Source of the DNA: a virus
Lineage: Duplodnaviria; Caudoviricetes
Reading direction: 5' to 3' (one strand)
Virus record (IMG/VR): IMGVR_UViG_3300012940_000036
Location: 1 to 47,242 of that record
DNA: 47,242 nucleotides
Shown: in pieces, positions 18,576 through 27,622 of the stretch
How the letters are laid out: each line of letters starts with the position of its first letter
Numbering within the stretch: the stretch's first letter is position 1
The notes under the pieces: model-generated
Databases searched by the model: none
Seen by the model: only the letters and a program-made list of their open reading frames with translations
What the model was told of the DNA's origin: nothing
Position numbers and translations under genes: made by a program

Positions 18576-19871
18576 TCAGTTGTTGCCCTGGCCTTGCCAG
18601 TGCTTGCGGTTTGCGGCGTTGATCTCGGCGATCGACTTGGTCTTGCCGAAATCACGAGTGGCGGAGGCGGTACGCGCGGCCTTGTCGTTGTTGCGGACCT
18701 TGGCCAGCTCGCTCGCGCCGTTGAAGGCAGCGGCCACCTGGTCGGCGGTCAACTTGTCCAGGGAGCGGCCGAACAGGAACGGCTCGACCACGGCCTTGCC
18801 GGTGTCGGTAGCCATCGCCTTGATCAGCGCCTGGCGCTGGCAGCTGCAGATGTGGTCGGCGACCTTCACCTTGCCGTCGCGGGTGCCGAAGGTGATGCCT
18901 GGCACCAGGATCTCGGCGCGGGAGCGCAGGTCGGTCAGCGCAGCACTGTCGCCGGTGTAGGTTTCGCCGCCTGCCTCGGGGTTTTCCTTGGCCTTCTCGG
19001 CTTCGAGGACGTCGTCGGTGGTCTCTTCAGACTCCTCTTCGTCATCGTCCTCGGTCTGCTCTTCGAGCTTCTTCTCCATGTCGCCGACGCGACCGGACAG
19101 CGTGCGGACCTCCTTCAGGATTGCCGCGAGGGTCGCGGAGTCGCCGGTCTTGGCCTTCTCCTTGTCCTCGTCGTCTTCATCCTCGTCGGCGGTTTCGGCT
19201 TCCTTGGCCAGTGCCTCGGCTGCCTCGGCGTCCTTGGACATGAAGGCCGCGCGCAGGCGATCGGCGAAGCTGCGTTTCTTGGTCTTGCTCATGGTGTCGG
19301 AGTCTCCGATTGCGCAGCGCGGGCCACAGCGGCCACGCTCTACCAGTGCTACGTGGTTGCCCACGATGTTGGTCTGACGCCCTCGGCCGGGAGCCAGCTG
19401 TTCATAGTCCGCGTCGTAGCCGCAGGAGACCTGCCGCAAACGTTCGCTGTTGGGTTCGTTGTCGCTGCGCACCAGGGCGATGGCAGCGGCATCAGTGATG
19501 AGCAGGTCGGCCAGCATCAGGTCCGACTCGACGTCGGTGCCGCGCCGCACGTTCTGGGTGATGCCAACCGTGAGTTCTTTCCAGTTCGCCGGGGTCACGA
19601 ATTCGTCTGGGTGCGAAAGCGTGACCGGCTTCCCTTCGAAGCTGGCCATCGTCTCGGCGCGGAACACCTCGTCGGCGTTGCGCTCGATGGTCACCAGGCC
19701 GCCAGGGCCGCCCTCCACTGGGATTTCGCTCTCGTCGTAGATCAGCGTGCCGGTGCGGGCGATGGGAACCGCTTCGCAAAGCAGAAACCCTTCCGGCGTC
19801 ATCCGCTGTCGGGCGCTCAGGGTCTCGGGCGTGAACCAGCGGCCGGCGTCGTCTTGCGTCCTTACCTGCAT
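18576..19871 (-). CDS. Prohead protease / scaffold (DUF2213-like)
   Basis: TPEGFLLC, VSCGYDA and NHVALVERGRCG motifs; acidic C-terminus. Confidence 0.88.
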   Translation of the reverse strand: MQVRTQDDAGRWFTPETLSARQRMTPEGFLLCEAVPIARTGTLIYDESEIPVEGGPGGLVTIERNADEVFRAETMASFEGKPVTLSHPDEFVTPANWKELTVGITQNVRRGTDVESDLMLADLLITDAAAIALVRSDNEPNSERLRQVSCGYDADYEQLAPGRGRQTNIVGNHVALVERGRCGPRCAIGDSDTMSKTKKRSFADRLRAAFMSKDAEAAEALAKEAETADEDEDDEDKEKAKTGDSATLAAILKEVRTLSGRVGDMEKKLEEQTEDDDEEESEETTDDVLEAEKAKENPEAGGETYTGDSAALTDLRSRAEILVPGITFGTRDGKVKVADHICSCQRQALIKAMATDTGKAVVEPFLFGRSLDKLTADQVAAAFNGASELAKVRNNDKAARTASATRDFGKTKSIAEINAANRKHWQGQGNN

Positions 19872-19884
19872 GGTGTGCACTCAC

Positions 19885-19905
19885 AAAAAACCGCCAGGCG
19901 GCGGG
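19885..19905 (-). terminator. Intrinsic terminator after the minor head gene
   Basis: CCGCC-GCCT-GGCGG followed by U6 on the minus strand. Confidence 0.6.
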
Positions 19906-19907
19906 TG

Positions 19908-20642
19908 TCATTCGGGGATTACAGGCTCAGGCCAGCACCTGCAGTTCGGCAGACGGCCTGCGTGGCCGGTGAGCTTGTCCAGGGTGGGAGGCGAGGACCA
20001 TGGAATAAACTTCCCTTCCATGGCCTTGTGCGAGCTGCGGACCGTGCCGTCGTGGGCGGTCCGCCAGATATAGCCTTCGCTGCCGGTCGCCTTGGCGCGT
20101 GCCTCGGTGAGCGTCGCCGCGGTGCGCGATACCTCGGTCCTGGCAATCAACTGGGCTCGACTGGCGGCCACCTCGCCGGAGCGCCGAATCTCCTTGGCGA
20201 TCTCGTTCGCGCGGGTGGCGTCCTCTATGCCCTGCAGCGTCAGCTCGTGCACGCGCTGGGCGGCGTCGAGCGGGATGCTCTTGATCAGCGTCACCTGCTC
20301 GCTGAGCAGCCCACGCATCGCGACGCCGGTGCCGGCGTGCAGGATCTCGTCACGCAGCGCCTTGGACATCTCCTCGGTCCTCGCAGCCCAGGCCTTGCGG
20401 TCCTGCTGGTTGACCTCGGTGATCATCCTGGCGCCGGTGGCGATGGCCCAGTCGTTCAGTGCGTCTGCGTACTTGCGCAGGATCTGGCTGATGGTCGGCT
20501 CAGCCGACGGATCACCTGGCGGGAAGCCGTTGATGATCGCGCCGACCTGCCGCGCCACCTGGGTCAGGCTGCGCTGGTACTCACGCTCCGCTCGGCTGGT
20601 CCTGACCGGATTCCGGTTTTTCTTCCGGTCGATCGTTCGCAT
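19908..20642 (-). CDS. Minor head morphogenesis protein (SPP1 gp7 / Mu F)
   Basis: RAQLIARTE, YIWRTAHDGTVR and NCRC motifs; start may be 20666. Confidence 0.88.
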   Translation of the reverse strand: MRTIDRKKNRNPVRTSRAEREYQRSLTQVARQVGAIINGFPPGDPSAEPTISQILRKYADALNDWAIATGARMITEVNQQDRKAWAARTEEMSKALRDEILHAGTGVAMRGLLSEQVTLIKSIPLDAAQRVHELTLQGIEDATRANEIAKEIRRSGEVAASRAQLIARTEVSRTAATLTEARAKATGSEGYIWRTAHDGTVRSSHKAMEGKFIPWSSPPTLDKLTGHAGRLPNCRCWPEPVIPE

Positions 20643-22053
20643 CTGGAGGGTCCAGGTCTTCGGCACCAGGCGGCGGGTCGTTCTCCGCCTCCTCGATGTC
20701 CTCGTCGGTGATGTTCGACCAGAGGCCGGTGGTCTGGCTGGACTGGCGCATTTCCTTCAACGCCGTCGCCCGGCTGATGATTCCGGCGTCGTAGGCCTCG
20801 ACAATCGACGAGGTGTCCTTGCTGCCGATGTCAGCCTTCTCGGTATCGGTGAGCTGGCCCAGCGGGTTGAACTTGAAGTCCCAGCCATCGGGCATGGGCT
20901 TACCGAGCACTGAGCGCGACACCACCTCGAGCAGCGTGGTGACACCCGGGCGAAGGTCGCGGTCTTGCCAGGCAGCCACGTTGTCGTGGTAGGTGGCGAT
21001 ATCGCTCTCACCCGAGCTGTTCAGGCCGCCAGGGGACTGCCCGAACAGGCGCACCAGGGGAATCTGCAGCGCGCCGGACAACTCCTCACCGAAGCTGAGC
21101 TTGAGCTCGGCCAGGCCGGAGAAGGTGTACTGGTGCGCCTCGAACTCGTCCGAAGCATCCATGAGGGTCATGCCCTCGTTGGACTGATACTGCCGGATCA
21201 GGTCGATCTGCTTGACGACGGCCTCGAAGGCCTTGCCGCCGGTGGCGATCAGCTCGCGGAGCTTCTCGATCTTGTAGGTGCGCAGGTGCGCCTTGTAGGC
21301 CAACTGGGCAGCGCCCGCGCTGACGCTATCGAAGGAGATCAGGCGATCCCACAGGCGCTCCAGCACCGACTGACCCCAGCCGTTCTCGGCGATACGCTGC
21401 CAGTAGGGAAGCTGCACGCCCTCAAGGCGAATCACACGGGTGTAGTGGATCTTCTGGTTGATCAGCGCCTGGGCATCCGCCAGCACGGTGTAAAACTTCG
21501 GCTTGCCCAGGTTCGGGCCAAACTCGGTGACCAGATCCTCCAGCGACGGCTGCACCAGCCAGCGGTCCAGCACCAGCAGGCCCTTGAACTGACCTTTGGC
21601 GATGGTGTCCAGCCGTAGGGGCGTGCTGACGTCCTGGCCGTCGATCAGCATCACGGCGATCGAGCCGCCGTACAGGCGCGACCACTTCACGTTGTCGCAC
21701 AGCTGGTTCCAGACCTGCAGACGCTCAAGCGCCTGGTTCAGCTTGTCCTTGTCCTCGGGCTCCATGTCCGAAACCAGCTCGATACCAGAGCGGGTCATGT
21801 CCTGCGCCACCAGGTCCACGGCCATGCCGGCGATCCAGCTGGAGCGGTAAACCGCCTCCATCTGCACGCGGTTGCGGCTGACCAGGTCGAAGGTGTAGTG
21901 CGACGCGGTGTTCTGGTTGTTGGCCTGCAGGCCGACGCGCGCGGCGAAGTTCTCGAAGCTGTCGCGGGTGACGAACGACTTGCGGGCCCGGTCGGTGTCG
22001 TGGGTTACCTTGGCTGCCAGGCGCTGCTGTTGCCGTGCGTTCTTCTTGCTCAT
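20581..22053 (-). CDS. Portal protein (DUF1073-like)
   Basis: WSRLYGG and IPLVRLFGQSPGGLN motifs; follows the large terminase. Confidence 0.9.
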   Translation of the reverse strand: MSKKNARQQQRLAAKVTHDTDRARKSFVTRDSFENFAARVGLQANNQNTASHYTFDLVSRNRVQMEAVYRSSWIAGMAVDLVAQDMTRSGIELVSDMEPEDKDKLNQALERLQVWNQLCDNVKWSRLYGGSIAVMLIDGQDVSTPLRLDTIAKGQFKGLLVLDRWLVQPSLEDLVTEFGPNLGKPKFYTVLADAQALINQKIHYTRVIRLEGVQLPYWQRIAENGWGQSVLERLWDRLISFDSVSAGAAQLAYKAHLRTYKIEKLRELIATGGKAFEAVVKQIDLIRQYQSNEGMTLMDASDEFEAHQYTFSGLAELKLSFGEELSGALQIPLVRLFGQSPGGLNSSGESDIATYHDNVAAWQDRDLRPGVTTLLEVVSRSVLGKPMPDGWDFKFNPLGQLTDTEKADIGSKDTSSIVEAYDAGIISRATALKEMRQSSQTTGLWSNITDEDIEEAENDPPPGAEDLDPPDANDRPEEKPESGQDQPSGA

Positions 22054-23483
22054 CAGCCTGCCAGCCTGTTCCAGATTTCAATGAGGTTGCCGGAGGCGAC
22101 CATGTCGTTGATGGCATCGCACATCGGGTCGATCTGGTCATCGTGCGCGTGCGTGTCGTTCGGTGTGAAGGCTTCGCACTCGGCGACGAAGTCGCTGGTG
22201 AACGGCGCGTCCTCCGGTATGCAGATGCGGCCAGCTTCGATGTAACCGACCACGTCGAGGACGCGCGTCAGCTTGTCCTTCTCGCGCTCGATCGGGAGGA
22301 TCGGGATGCTGCAGGTCAGGCGGATGTCCTGGATCAGGCCGGTACCGCTGGCCTTGTCCTCGACCGCCATAGCGCGCAAGGAGCCGAACTGGTGCGTGTC
22401 GAAGGCAAGGTGCTTGTTCCAGAACTCGACGGCGCGGCGCTTCAGCTCTGGCGCCTCCCACTTCCCGCGGATCATGTCGAGCAGATAGGCCTTGCCGTCC
22501 TCGCCCTGGCCCCAGCACTCGAAGACGCTGTAGTCGTTGTGCTCTTTCGTCTTCTGGGCGGTGTCCGCGAAAATCTTGCGGTAGTTGAGCAGCGGCAGTT
22601 GCTTGTAACGCTGGAACCAGGCGCCCTTGATGATCCCGCCACCGAGTGGGCTGGGTCGTTGCTGGTACTGTCCGGAGAAGACATAGGGGTTGGCCGCGCG
22701 CATCTGCTCGAGCATGTCGGCAGTGTGCTTCTCGGGCCACAGCGGAACGCCATCCTCGCCCAGCGCAGGCAGCGAGAGCAGCTCCCACTCCTCACCATTG
22801 CCGCCGGCCAGCAGCCACCCGGCGAGGTCCTCCTCGTGCAGGCGCTGCATGATCACGATGATCGGCGTGTTGTGCGGGTCGTTCTTGCGCGACTCCAGGG
22901 TGTTCTGGAACCAGTCCAGCACCCCCTTCCGGATCGTGTCGCTGTTCGCTTCGTCGGCCTTGTGCGGGTCGTCGATGATGATCGCGCCACCGAAGCCTGG
23001 ACGATGCTTGCCGGCGCCGTAGCCGGTGATGGTGCCGCCGGAGCCAGTGGCATACACGATGCCGCCCTTGGTGGTGCGCCATTCGTGCTTGGCCGCGCTG
23101 TCAGGGCGCAGCTGTGTCTCTGGGAAAATCTCGCGGTAGGCCTCGTGGGCTACCAGTTCCCGTGCCTGCCAGGCGTTGTTCGAGGCGAGCTGCGCGGCGT
23201 AGCTGGTGTGGATGAACTCGGCGTCGGGCACCTTGCCCAGGCACCAGGCCATCCAGTTGATCACGGCCAGCTCGGTCTTCGAGTAGCGCGGCGGGATGTT
23301 GATCACCAGCCGCTTGCACTCGCCGCGGTACACCCGCATCAGCGCGTCGCAGACCATCTTGTGGTGCGCAGCGCGCATCCACTTGAAGCCCTTGCGCTGC
23401 AGGAACATCCAGCGGGCGAAGAAGTAGAAGTCAGCCCGGGCAAGCTGGATCGCCGCGTAGCGCTCTTCTGCTGCGGCGGTCAT
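22053..23483 (-). CDS. terL: Terminase large subunit
   Basis: INIPPRYSKT Walker A, IIIDDPHK Walker B, HDDQIDP nuclease motif. Confidence 0.95.
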   Translation of the reverse strand: MTAAAEERYAAIQLARADFYFFARWMFLQRKGFKWMRAAHHKMVCDALMRVYRGECKRLVINIPPRYSKTELAVINWMAWCLGKVPDAEFIHTSYAAQLASNNAWQARELVAHEAYREIFPETQLRPDSAAKHEWRTTKGGIVYATGSGGTITGYGAGKHRPGFGGAIIIDDPHKADEANSDTIRKGVLDWFQNTLESRKNDPHNTPIIVIMQRLHEEDLAGWLLAGGNGEEWELLSLPALGEDGVPLWPEKHTADMLEQMRAANPYVFSGQYQQRPSPLGGGIIKGAWFQRYKQLPLLNYRKIFADTAQKTKEHNDYSVFECWGQGEDGKAYLLDMIRGKWEAPELKRRAVEFWNKHLAFDTHQFGSLRAMAVEDKASGTGLIQDIRLTCSIPILPIEREKDKLTRVLDVVGYIEAGRICIPEDAPFTSDFVAECEAFTPNDTHAHDDQIDPMCDAINDMVASGNLIEIWNRLAG

Positions 23484-23485
23484 TG

Positions 23486-23803
23486 CTACACCTCGTCGTT
23501 GATCTTCCTGGCCAGCTGCGTCAACTGGTCGTCAGAGAGATTCGGCGCAATGCCGACTGGAGGGCGATCTGGATCTCCCGCAATAGGCTGAGTCGCCTTC
23601 CCGTGCCCTCGGTCCAAAATGTCTTTGGCCGCAGCTACTCGGGCAGCGTGAGGCGCACCATCATCGCGCATGATCTCAACAAGACTCTTCACAGCCTCTT
23701 CGCTGTATTGCTGCGCCAGCGCCTTAACGTCGACAGTGGCCTTGTTGGGCGTTCCTTTTGATCTGCCGCCCGTTTTGGGCAGTCCTTTTGGTCTGCCAGT
23801 CAT
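23486..23803 (-). CDS. terS: Terminase small subunit
   Basis: KTGGRSKGTPNK and ILDRGHGK motifs; directly upstream of terL. Confidence 0.8.
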   Translation of the reverse strand: MTGRPKGLPKTGGRSKGTPNKATVDVKALAQQYSEEAVKSLVEIMRDDGAPHAARVAAAKDILDRGHGKATQPIAGDPDRPPVGIAPNLSDDQLTQLARKINDEV

Positions 23804-23828
23804 TTCTATTCCTATCTACTTTTGAAAC

Positions 23829-24122
23829 TCAGCGTCGTCTCCGATCCGCTCCATCCCAGGACCAGTTCTCTCGGAATATCTGCTTCCGGCGCGACCAGGC
23901 GTAGCTGACGATGCCGAGGTGCATCACCACCGCCCAGGGGCTGACCCAGTAGCCTTTTGCCAGCTCCACCAGCAAGCCGAAGGCTCCGATGGCGACCAGG
24001 TAGAACGACAGGCTCAGGATTGGATGCTCGAACAGGTGGACGGCGCGCAGGAACTCCAGCGCGGCCAGTACCACCAGAATGCACAGCACGGCGTCCAAGC
24101 CCATGAGGATCGAGTTCATCAT
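23829..24122 (-). CDS. Three-TM membrane protein, holin or holin partner
   Basis: Three hydrophobic segments and a basic C-terminus; second gene of the late operon. Confidence 0.6.
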   Translation of the reverse strand: MMNSILMGLDAVLCILVVLAALEFLRAVHLFEHPILSLSFYLVAIGAFGLLVELAKGYWVSPWAVVMHLGIVSYAWSRRKQIFRENWSWDGADRRRR

Positions 24123-24124
24123 GG

Positions 24125-24433
24125 TCAGGCACCCTTGGTAGCGAGAATGCGCTCCGCAGCGGCCTTTACGGCTGGGATGATGTTCATGGCGAGCAGACCG
24201 ATCAGGAATGCCACGCCGTTCTTCGAATCAGCATCAGCGGGAAGTCCGAAGTAGCTCACGACGAGCTGGGTGGTGAAGATCGATGACAGGAAGCCGGTGA
24301 TCACTGCGGCGCCGGCCTGCTTGCGGGTCAGGCCGCGGAGGAACGACAGGGAGAGGATGGCCCCCGCGAAGCCGGCTATCGCGGCGCTGTACTTGGCGAG
24401 CAATGCTCCTGCCGCAGTAGAGGTCGGTTCCAT
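24125..24433 (-). CDS. Putative holin
   Basis: GGAG RBS; AGFAGAILSL and AFLIGLLAM TM segments; first late gene. Confidence 0.7.
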   Translation of the reverse strand: MEPTSTAAGALLAKYSAAIAGFAGAILSLSFLRGLTRKQAGAAVITGFLSSIFTTQLVVSYFGLPADADSKNGVAFLIGLLAMNIIPAVKAAAERILATKGA

Positions 24434-24461
24434 CGGCAGCTCCGCTTCACGCATGCAAGAA

Positions 24462-24490
24462 CGACAAAGCCCGGCGCATGGCCGGGCTCT
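24462..24490 (-). terminator. tR'-like terminator after the late promoter
   Basis: AGCCCGGC/GCCGGGCT stem followed by U residues. Confidence 0.65.
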
Positions 24491-24517
24491 GAAGTGACAA
24501 TTTCTAGGATGGGAATG

Positions 24518-24546
24518 ATTGTTCACCAACCGAGATTTTCTGTCAA
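24518..24546 (-). promoter_or_regulatory. Late promoter pR'-like (TTGACA-17-AACAAT)
   Basis: Perfect -35 just downstream of the Q-like gene and upstream of a terminator. Confidence 0.7.
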
Positions 24547-24566
24547 TACGTTATAACGGTTCGTTT

Positions 24567-25169
24567 TCACGCCGCCTCCTTCATCACCGCGAGGATCTGC
24601 GAAACCGGCACCAGCGCTGCCTTGTCCAAGTCATCGCACGCCAGGAAGCAGGCCGCCTCGAACGGCTCCCACTCGCGCCCCCATGACTCGCTAGCCAGCT
24701 TCACGCCCTTCTCGTCTTCGATCCACTTCCGGAAGGCTTCGGGCTTGGGCAGCGGATCGGGCATCGCGCTCTGGCCGCCTTGGTGCATGCGGCGGTACCG
24801 GTAGAGAACGCCGGCGGCGATCGCCTGAGCCCGGACCATGGTCTTGGCGTAGAACTTCTCACCGCGCCCGAGCATCTGCGCATACACCACGTCGAACACC
24901 AGGGATTCAGCAGCCTCCCGGATGTCGTCCTCGGTGCCTGGGCCGTACATGTGGTGCCCGAAGGCCTGCAGGCGAGCCGGGAGCGTGGCAATGGCGCCCT
25001 GGATTGGTCCGGCGAGTGCTTGATGCATGGCCACAAGCGTTGATCGGTCCCGCTCGCTCATCTGCACCATGCAGCCGAGGTAATGCTGTTGCTCGAAGGC
25101 AATCCACTGCCCATCGGACTGCGAGTAGAACGCCGAATGCCAAGCCTCTCGCGCGCTGTTGAGTTTCAT
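24567..25169 (-). CDS. Late-gene regulator, antiterminator Q-like
   Basis: Last early gene before pR'/tR'; MKLNSAREAWH start; function assigned mainly by position. Confidence 0.65.
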   Translation of the reverse strand: MKLNSAREAWHSAFYSQSDGQWIAFEQQHYLGCMVQMSERDRSTLVAMHQALAGPIQGAIATLPARLQAFGHHMYGPGTEDDIREAAESLVFDVVYAQMLGRGEKFYAKTMVRAQAIAAGVLYRYRRMHQGGQSAMPDPLPKPEAFRKWIEDEKGVKLASESWGREWEPFEAACFLACDDLDKAALVPVSQILAVMKEAA

Positions 25170-25243
25170 GCCTTCCAACTCCCCCAGAGATAGCCAATGG
25201 CAAGCGGTATCAGGATCGAGTACAGGAACGCATCGCCAGTCAT
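25166..25243 (-). CDS. 25-aa hydrophobic peptide MTGDAFLYSILIPLAIGYLWGSWKA
   Basis: ATGA overlaps at both ends; GGAG RBS. Confidence 0.55.
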   Translation of the reverse strand: MTGDAFLYSILIPLAIGYLWGSWKA

Positions 25244-25845
25244 GCCGTCTCTCCCCTGTAGTTTTCAGTAGCGGCCTTCAGTTCGCGCACCCAGGCCCGG
25301 AACTTGGCCTTCAGCGCCTTGATGTCCTCGATGGTCAGCTTCAGGGGCTCATGAGGCCCTTCCAGGATCTGGACTGCCTCTTCCCCGATCCGACGCACCA
25401 GCTCAGGCCGGTATCCCATGATGTTGCCGCTCAGGTGCGAGTTGCAGATGGAACAAGCGCGGTGCACGTTGAGCGGGTTGAAGCGGAGCGCCGGCGTGGA
25501 GCCGACGCTGCGGTAGTGCGACGCGTGCCATTGGCCATCCCAGGTGGCGGGACGGCCGCAGCTCACACAGGGCTTGTCCGCATCCCGGAGCCGGATGTAT
25601 TGGTTGAAGATGGCTTGGCATTCCTTCAGGTGCTCCGCCCTGCTCTTCAGCTTCTCCTTCCGCGCTTTGATCTCCCGGCGGTTGCGGTCGGCGATGGCCT
25701 TCCGCGCCGGCGCCTGGTGCTTGTCCTTGATGGCCAGGGCGCAGGCTGGTGAGCAGACGCGCTGCCCGAGGCGCTGAGGGATGAACTTGGTGCCGCATTC
25801 GGTGTTCTGGCACTTCTTCGGGCGTGGCTGGCGGGTGGAGAGCAT
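25240..25845 (-). CDS. ninG: NinG/Rap recombination endonuclease
   Basis: CSPAC, FNQYIRLRD, CVSCG, HASHY and CSICN motifs. Confidence 0.92.
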   Translation of the reverse strand: MLSTRQPRPKKCQNTECGTKFIPQRLGQRVCSPACALAIKDKHQAPARKAIADRNRREIKARKEKLKSRAEHLKECQAIFNQYIRLRDADKPCVSCGRPATWDGQWHASHYRSVGSTPALRFNPLNVHRACSICNSHLSGNIMGYRPELVRRIGEEAVQILEGPHEPLKLTIEDIKALKAKFRAWVRELKAATENYRGETA

Positions 25846-26015
25846 CAGTAGTCCTCCCAGCCGTCACGGAGCGCCTTACGAGTTTCCCGCCGGTCTACAG
25901 AGCGCCCGCATGGCGTCGACTGGATATCCCGGCTAACTTGGCAGGAACCGCCATGGCCGGCGCAACAGCACCGGCCGAACTTCTTCCGCTTGCGCATCAG
26001 CTTCGCGTGAATCAC
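25845..26015 (-). CDS. Small basic Cys-rich hypothetical protein
   Basis: GTGA and stop/start coupling with neighbours; GGAGG RBS. Confidence 0.55.
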   Translation of the reverse strand: MIHAKLMRKRKKFGRCCCAGHGGSCQVSRDIQSTPCGRSVDRRETRKALRDGWEDY

Positions 26016-26281
26016 GCCTCCACCTCCTTCGCCTTCTGCTGCTCGGGCTGGAAGTCGCCTTTCAGTGGCATCAACCACTTCTCCCAAACGATGGCGCCTT
26101 GATCGTCCACTACCCACACCGGCTCGCCGTCAGGGGTTTCATAAACTCCTGGGTCCATCGGATCGCTACGATCAACCGGCCCAACCAAATGGCGGCTGAT
26201 CAGTTCAACGCAGGTTCCAACCACCGGAGGGAAGGTGTGATTGATCACAAGCGCCAAGTCGCCGGCCTTGAACCTGCTCAT
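26012..26281 (-). CDS. Hypothetical protein
   Basis: Coupled ORF, MSRFKAGDLAL start. Confidence 0.7.
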   Translation of the reverse strand: MSRFKAGDLALVINHTFPPVVGTCVELISRHLVGPVDRSDPMDPGVYETPDGEPVWVVDDQGAIVWEKWLMPLKGDFQPEQQKAKEVEA

Positions 26282-26682
26282 GCCGCTCCCTCCCAGTAAT
26301 CCCGCGTTGTGAACTTCACGCCGCGCTCAGCAGCAAAGGCCTCCATCACGAGGAACATCTCGTTGAACCATTTCTTGGATTGCTTGCGGGTGGAGACGCC
26401 CAGGACCACGAAGCCACCGTTGATGCCCGGGACGGCGTCCTGTTGCTGAACCGCGGCGCTGAAGATGTGCTTCCAACTCTCGTCGTCCAGTTTCCGGCCG
26501 TACCACTCCACCTGGTGGCTGATGTCGCGCAACATGGCCCACATACGCCTGTTCTGGGCGTCACTGCGGGCTTCGTCGTGGATGCTCCAGGTCTTGCCTT
26601 CAGCCAGGTCGATGCGCTGCAGGATCGCGATGGCGCGCTGGCGGTCGGTTTCGTTGCGGATTGGGAAGCGCGGGTTAGCCAT
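26278..26682 (-). CDS. ninB: NinB/Orf recombination protein
   Basis: RSDAQNRRMWAMLRDISHQVEW and SWKHIF motifs. Confidence 0.9.
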   Translation of the reverse strand: MANPRFPIRNETDRQRAIAILQRIDLAEGKTWSIHDEARSDAQNRRMWAMLRDISHQVEWYGRKLDDESWKHIFSAAVQQQDAVPGINGGFVVLGVSTRKQSKKWFNEMFLVMEAFAAERGVKFTTRDYWEGAA

Positions 26683-26911
26683 GGCGAATTTCCTCCACCG
26701 GCGTGACACCTGGGATCATCATGGCGCGCCGGCGGAGCACCTCGGCGCGCTCATGCGGAACCCCTCGACGGTCAGACTCACCATTGCGGTATCCATGCAT
26801 GTAGGCGGCAGTCTTAGACTCACGGGACATGCCATTGCGACCGTGCATGTACCCCTGAACCATCTCCCAGTCAGCATCGGAGTAGATGTCCGGCTTCTTG
26901 TACTCAGCCAT
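26675..26911 (-). CDS. Hypothetical protein
   Basis: Coupled ORF in the nin region. Confidence 0.65.
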   Translation of the reverse strand: MAEYKKPDIYSDADWEMVQGYMHGRNGMSRESKTAAYMHGYRNGESDRRGVPHERAEVLRRRAMMIPGVTPVEEIRHG

Positions 26912-27029
26912 GGCTCACCCCAATCACCGCAGCCAAGGCGATACAGGCAATGATCCCAACCACGCTCCGACGCACGAAGCAGAAGTTGGCGCAGAAGGAG
27001 AGCGTGGCGAGGATGGTGAAGTCAGTCAT
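26904..27029 (-). CDS. 41-aa hydrophobic protein
   Basis: MTDFTILATL...; overlaps both neighbours; GGAG RBS. Confidence 0.5.
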   Translation of the reverse strand: MTDFTILATLSFCANFCFVRRSVVGIIACIALAAVIGVSHG

Positions 27030-27372
27030 TGGCCAGCTCCCGCATCTTACGTACGTACTCTTCGCGCTCGCGTCGGGCGAGCTCCTTCTGCTTGGCGTCG
27101 ACAGCGAGCCAGAGGCGGTACATATTCCAAAGGCCCGGGCGACGCTTCTGAAGAGGAAACCCCCAGATATGCCCGTAGCTGTAGAAGGCGTTTGAAGTCC
27201 ACACCTCGACTCCATTGATGGTCGTGGTGTGCTCGCCAACAAGAACCCTGTCGCTGCATTTATCGAGAAGCGCGCCAAGGGCCTTGTCCCATTCAGGGCA
27301 ATAGCGCCATTGATGGAGAAGTCCGAACCAAGTCGATGCAGCCCACATCAGATAGAACTTGAAGAAACTCAT
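27022..27372 (-). CDS. Hypothetical protein
   Basis: MSFFKFYLMW start with GGAGG RBS. Confidence 0.65.
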   Translation of the reverse strand: MSFFKFYLMWAASTWFGLLHQWRYCPEWDKALGALLDKCSDRVLVGEHTTTINGVEVWTSNAFYSYGHIWGFPLQKRRPGLWNMYRLWLAVDAKQKELARREREEYVRKMRELAND

Positions 27373-27439
27373 CACGCCACCTCCGCAGTCGGCCAGATAC
27401 TCCGCACCACTTCCAGCGGGTCGCAGTCTTCCATCAGGA

Positions 27440-27622
27440 TCATCGCAGAGCCTTGGCATGCTCCCGGCAGTGCTCCAGTGCCGATTCCTTCGTGCCGGCA
27501 GGACCGATGAACGCGCCCCTGAATGAGGCCCTGAATAGGGGCTCCGATCCATCCATGAACTTCGCTATGGCGTACCCATCCGGCCTCCGGACGAGCCATT
27601 CGTTGATGCGCTCCCATCTCAA
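27440..27622 (-). CDS. Hypothetical protein, followed by a coupled 23-aa ORF at 27372-27443
   Basis: Overlaps the primase stop; GGAGG RBS. Confidence 0.6.
   Translation of the reverse strand: MRWERINEWLVRRPDGYAIAKFMDGSEPLFRASFRGAFIGPAGTKESALEHCREHAKALR

Noticed and set aside
18300-20711. 803-aa plus-strand ORF and similar long antisense ORFs (10332-11918, 13387-14838, 16975-18123, 22035-23591, 39162-40667)
   Set aside because: Shadow frames of high-GC genes that are clearly identified on the opposite strand
20581-22053. DUF1073 protein as anti-CBASS Acb1
   Set aside because: Size, motifs and position after terL indicate the portal protein
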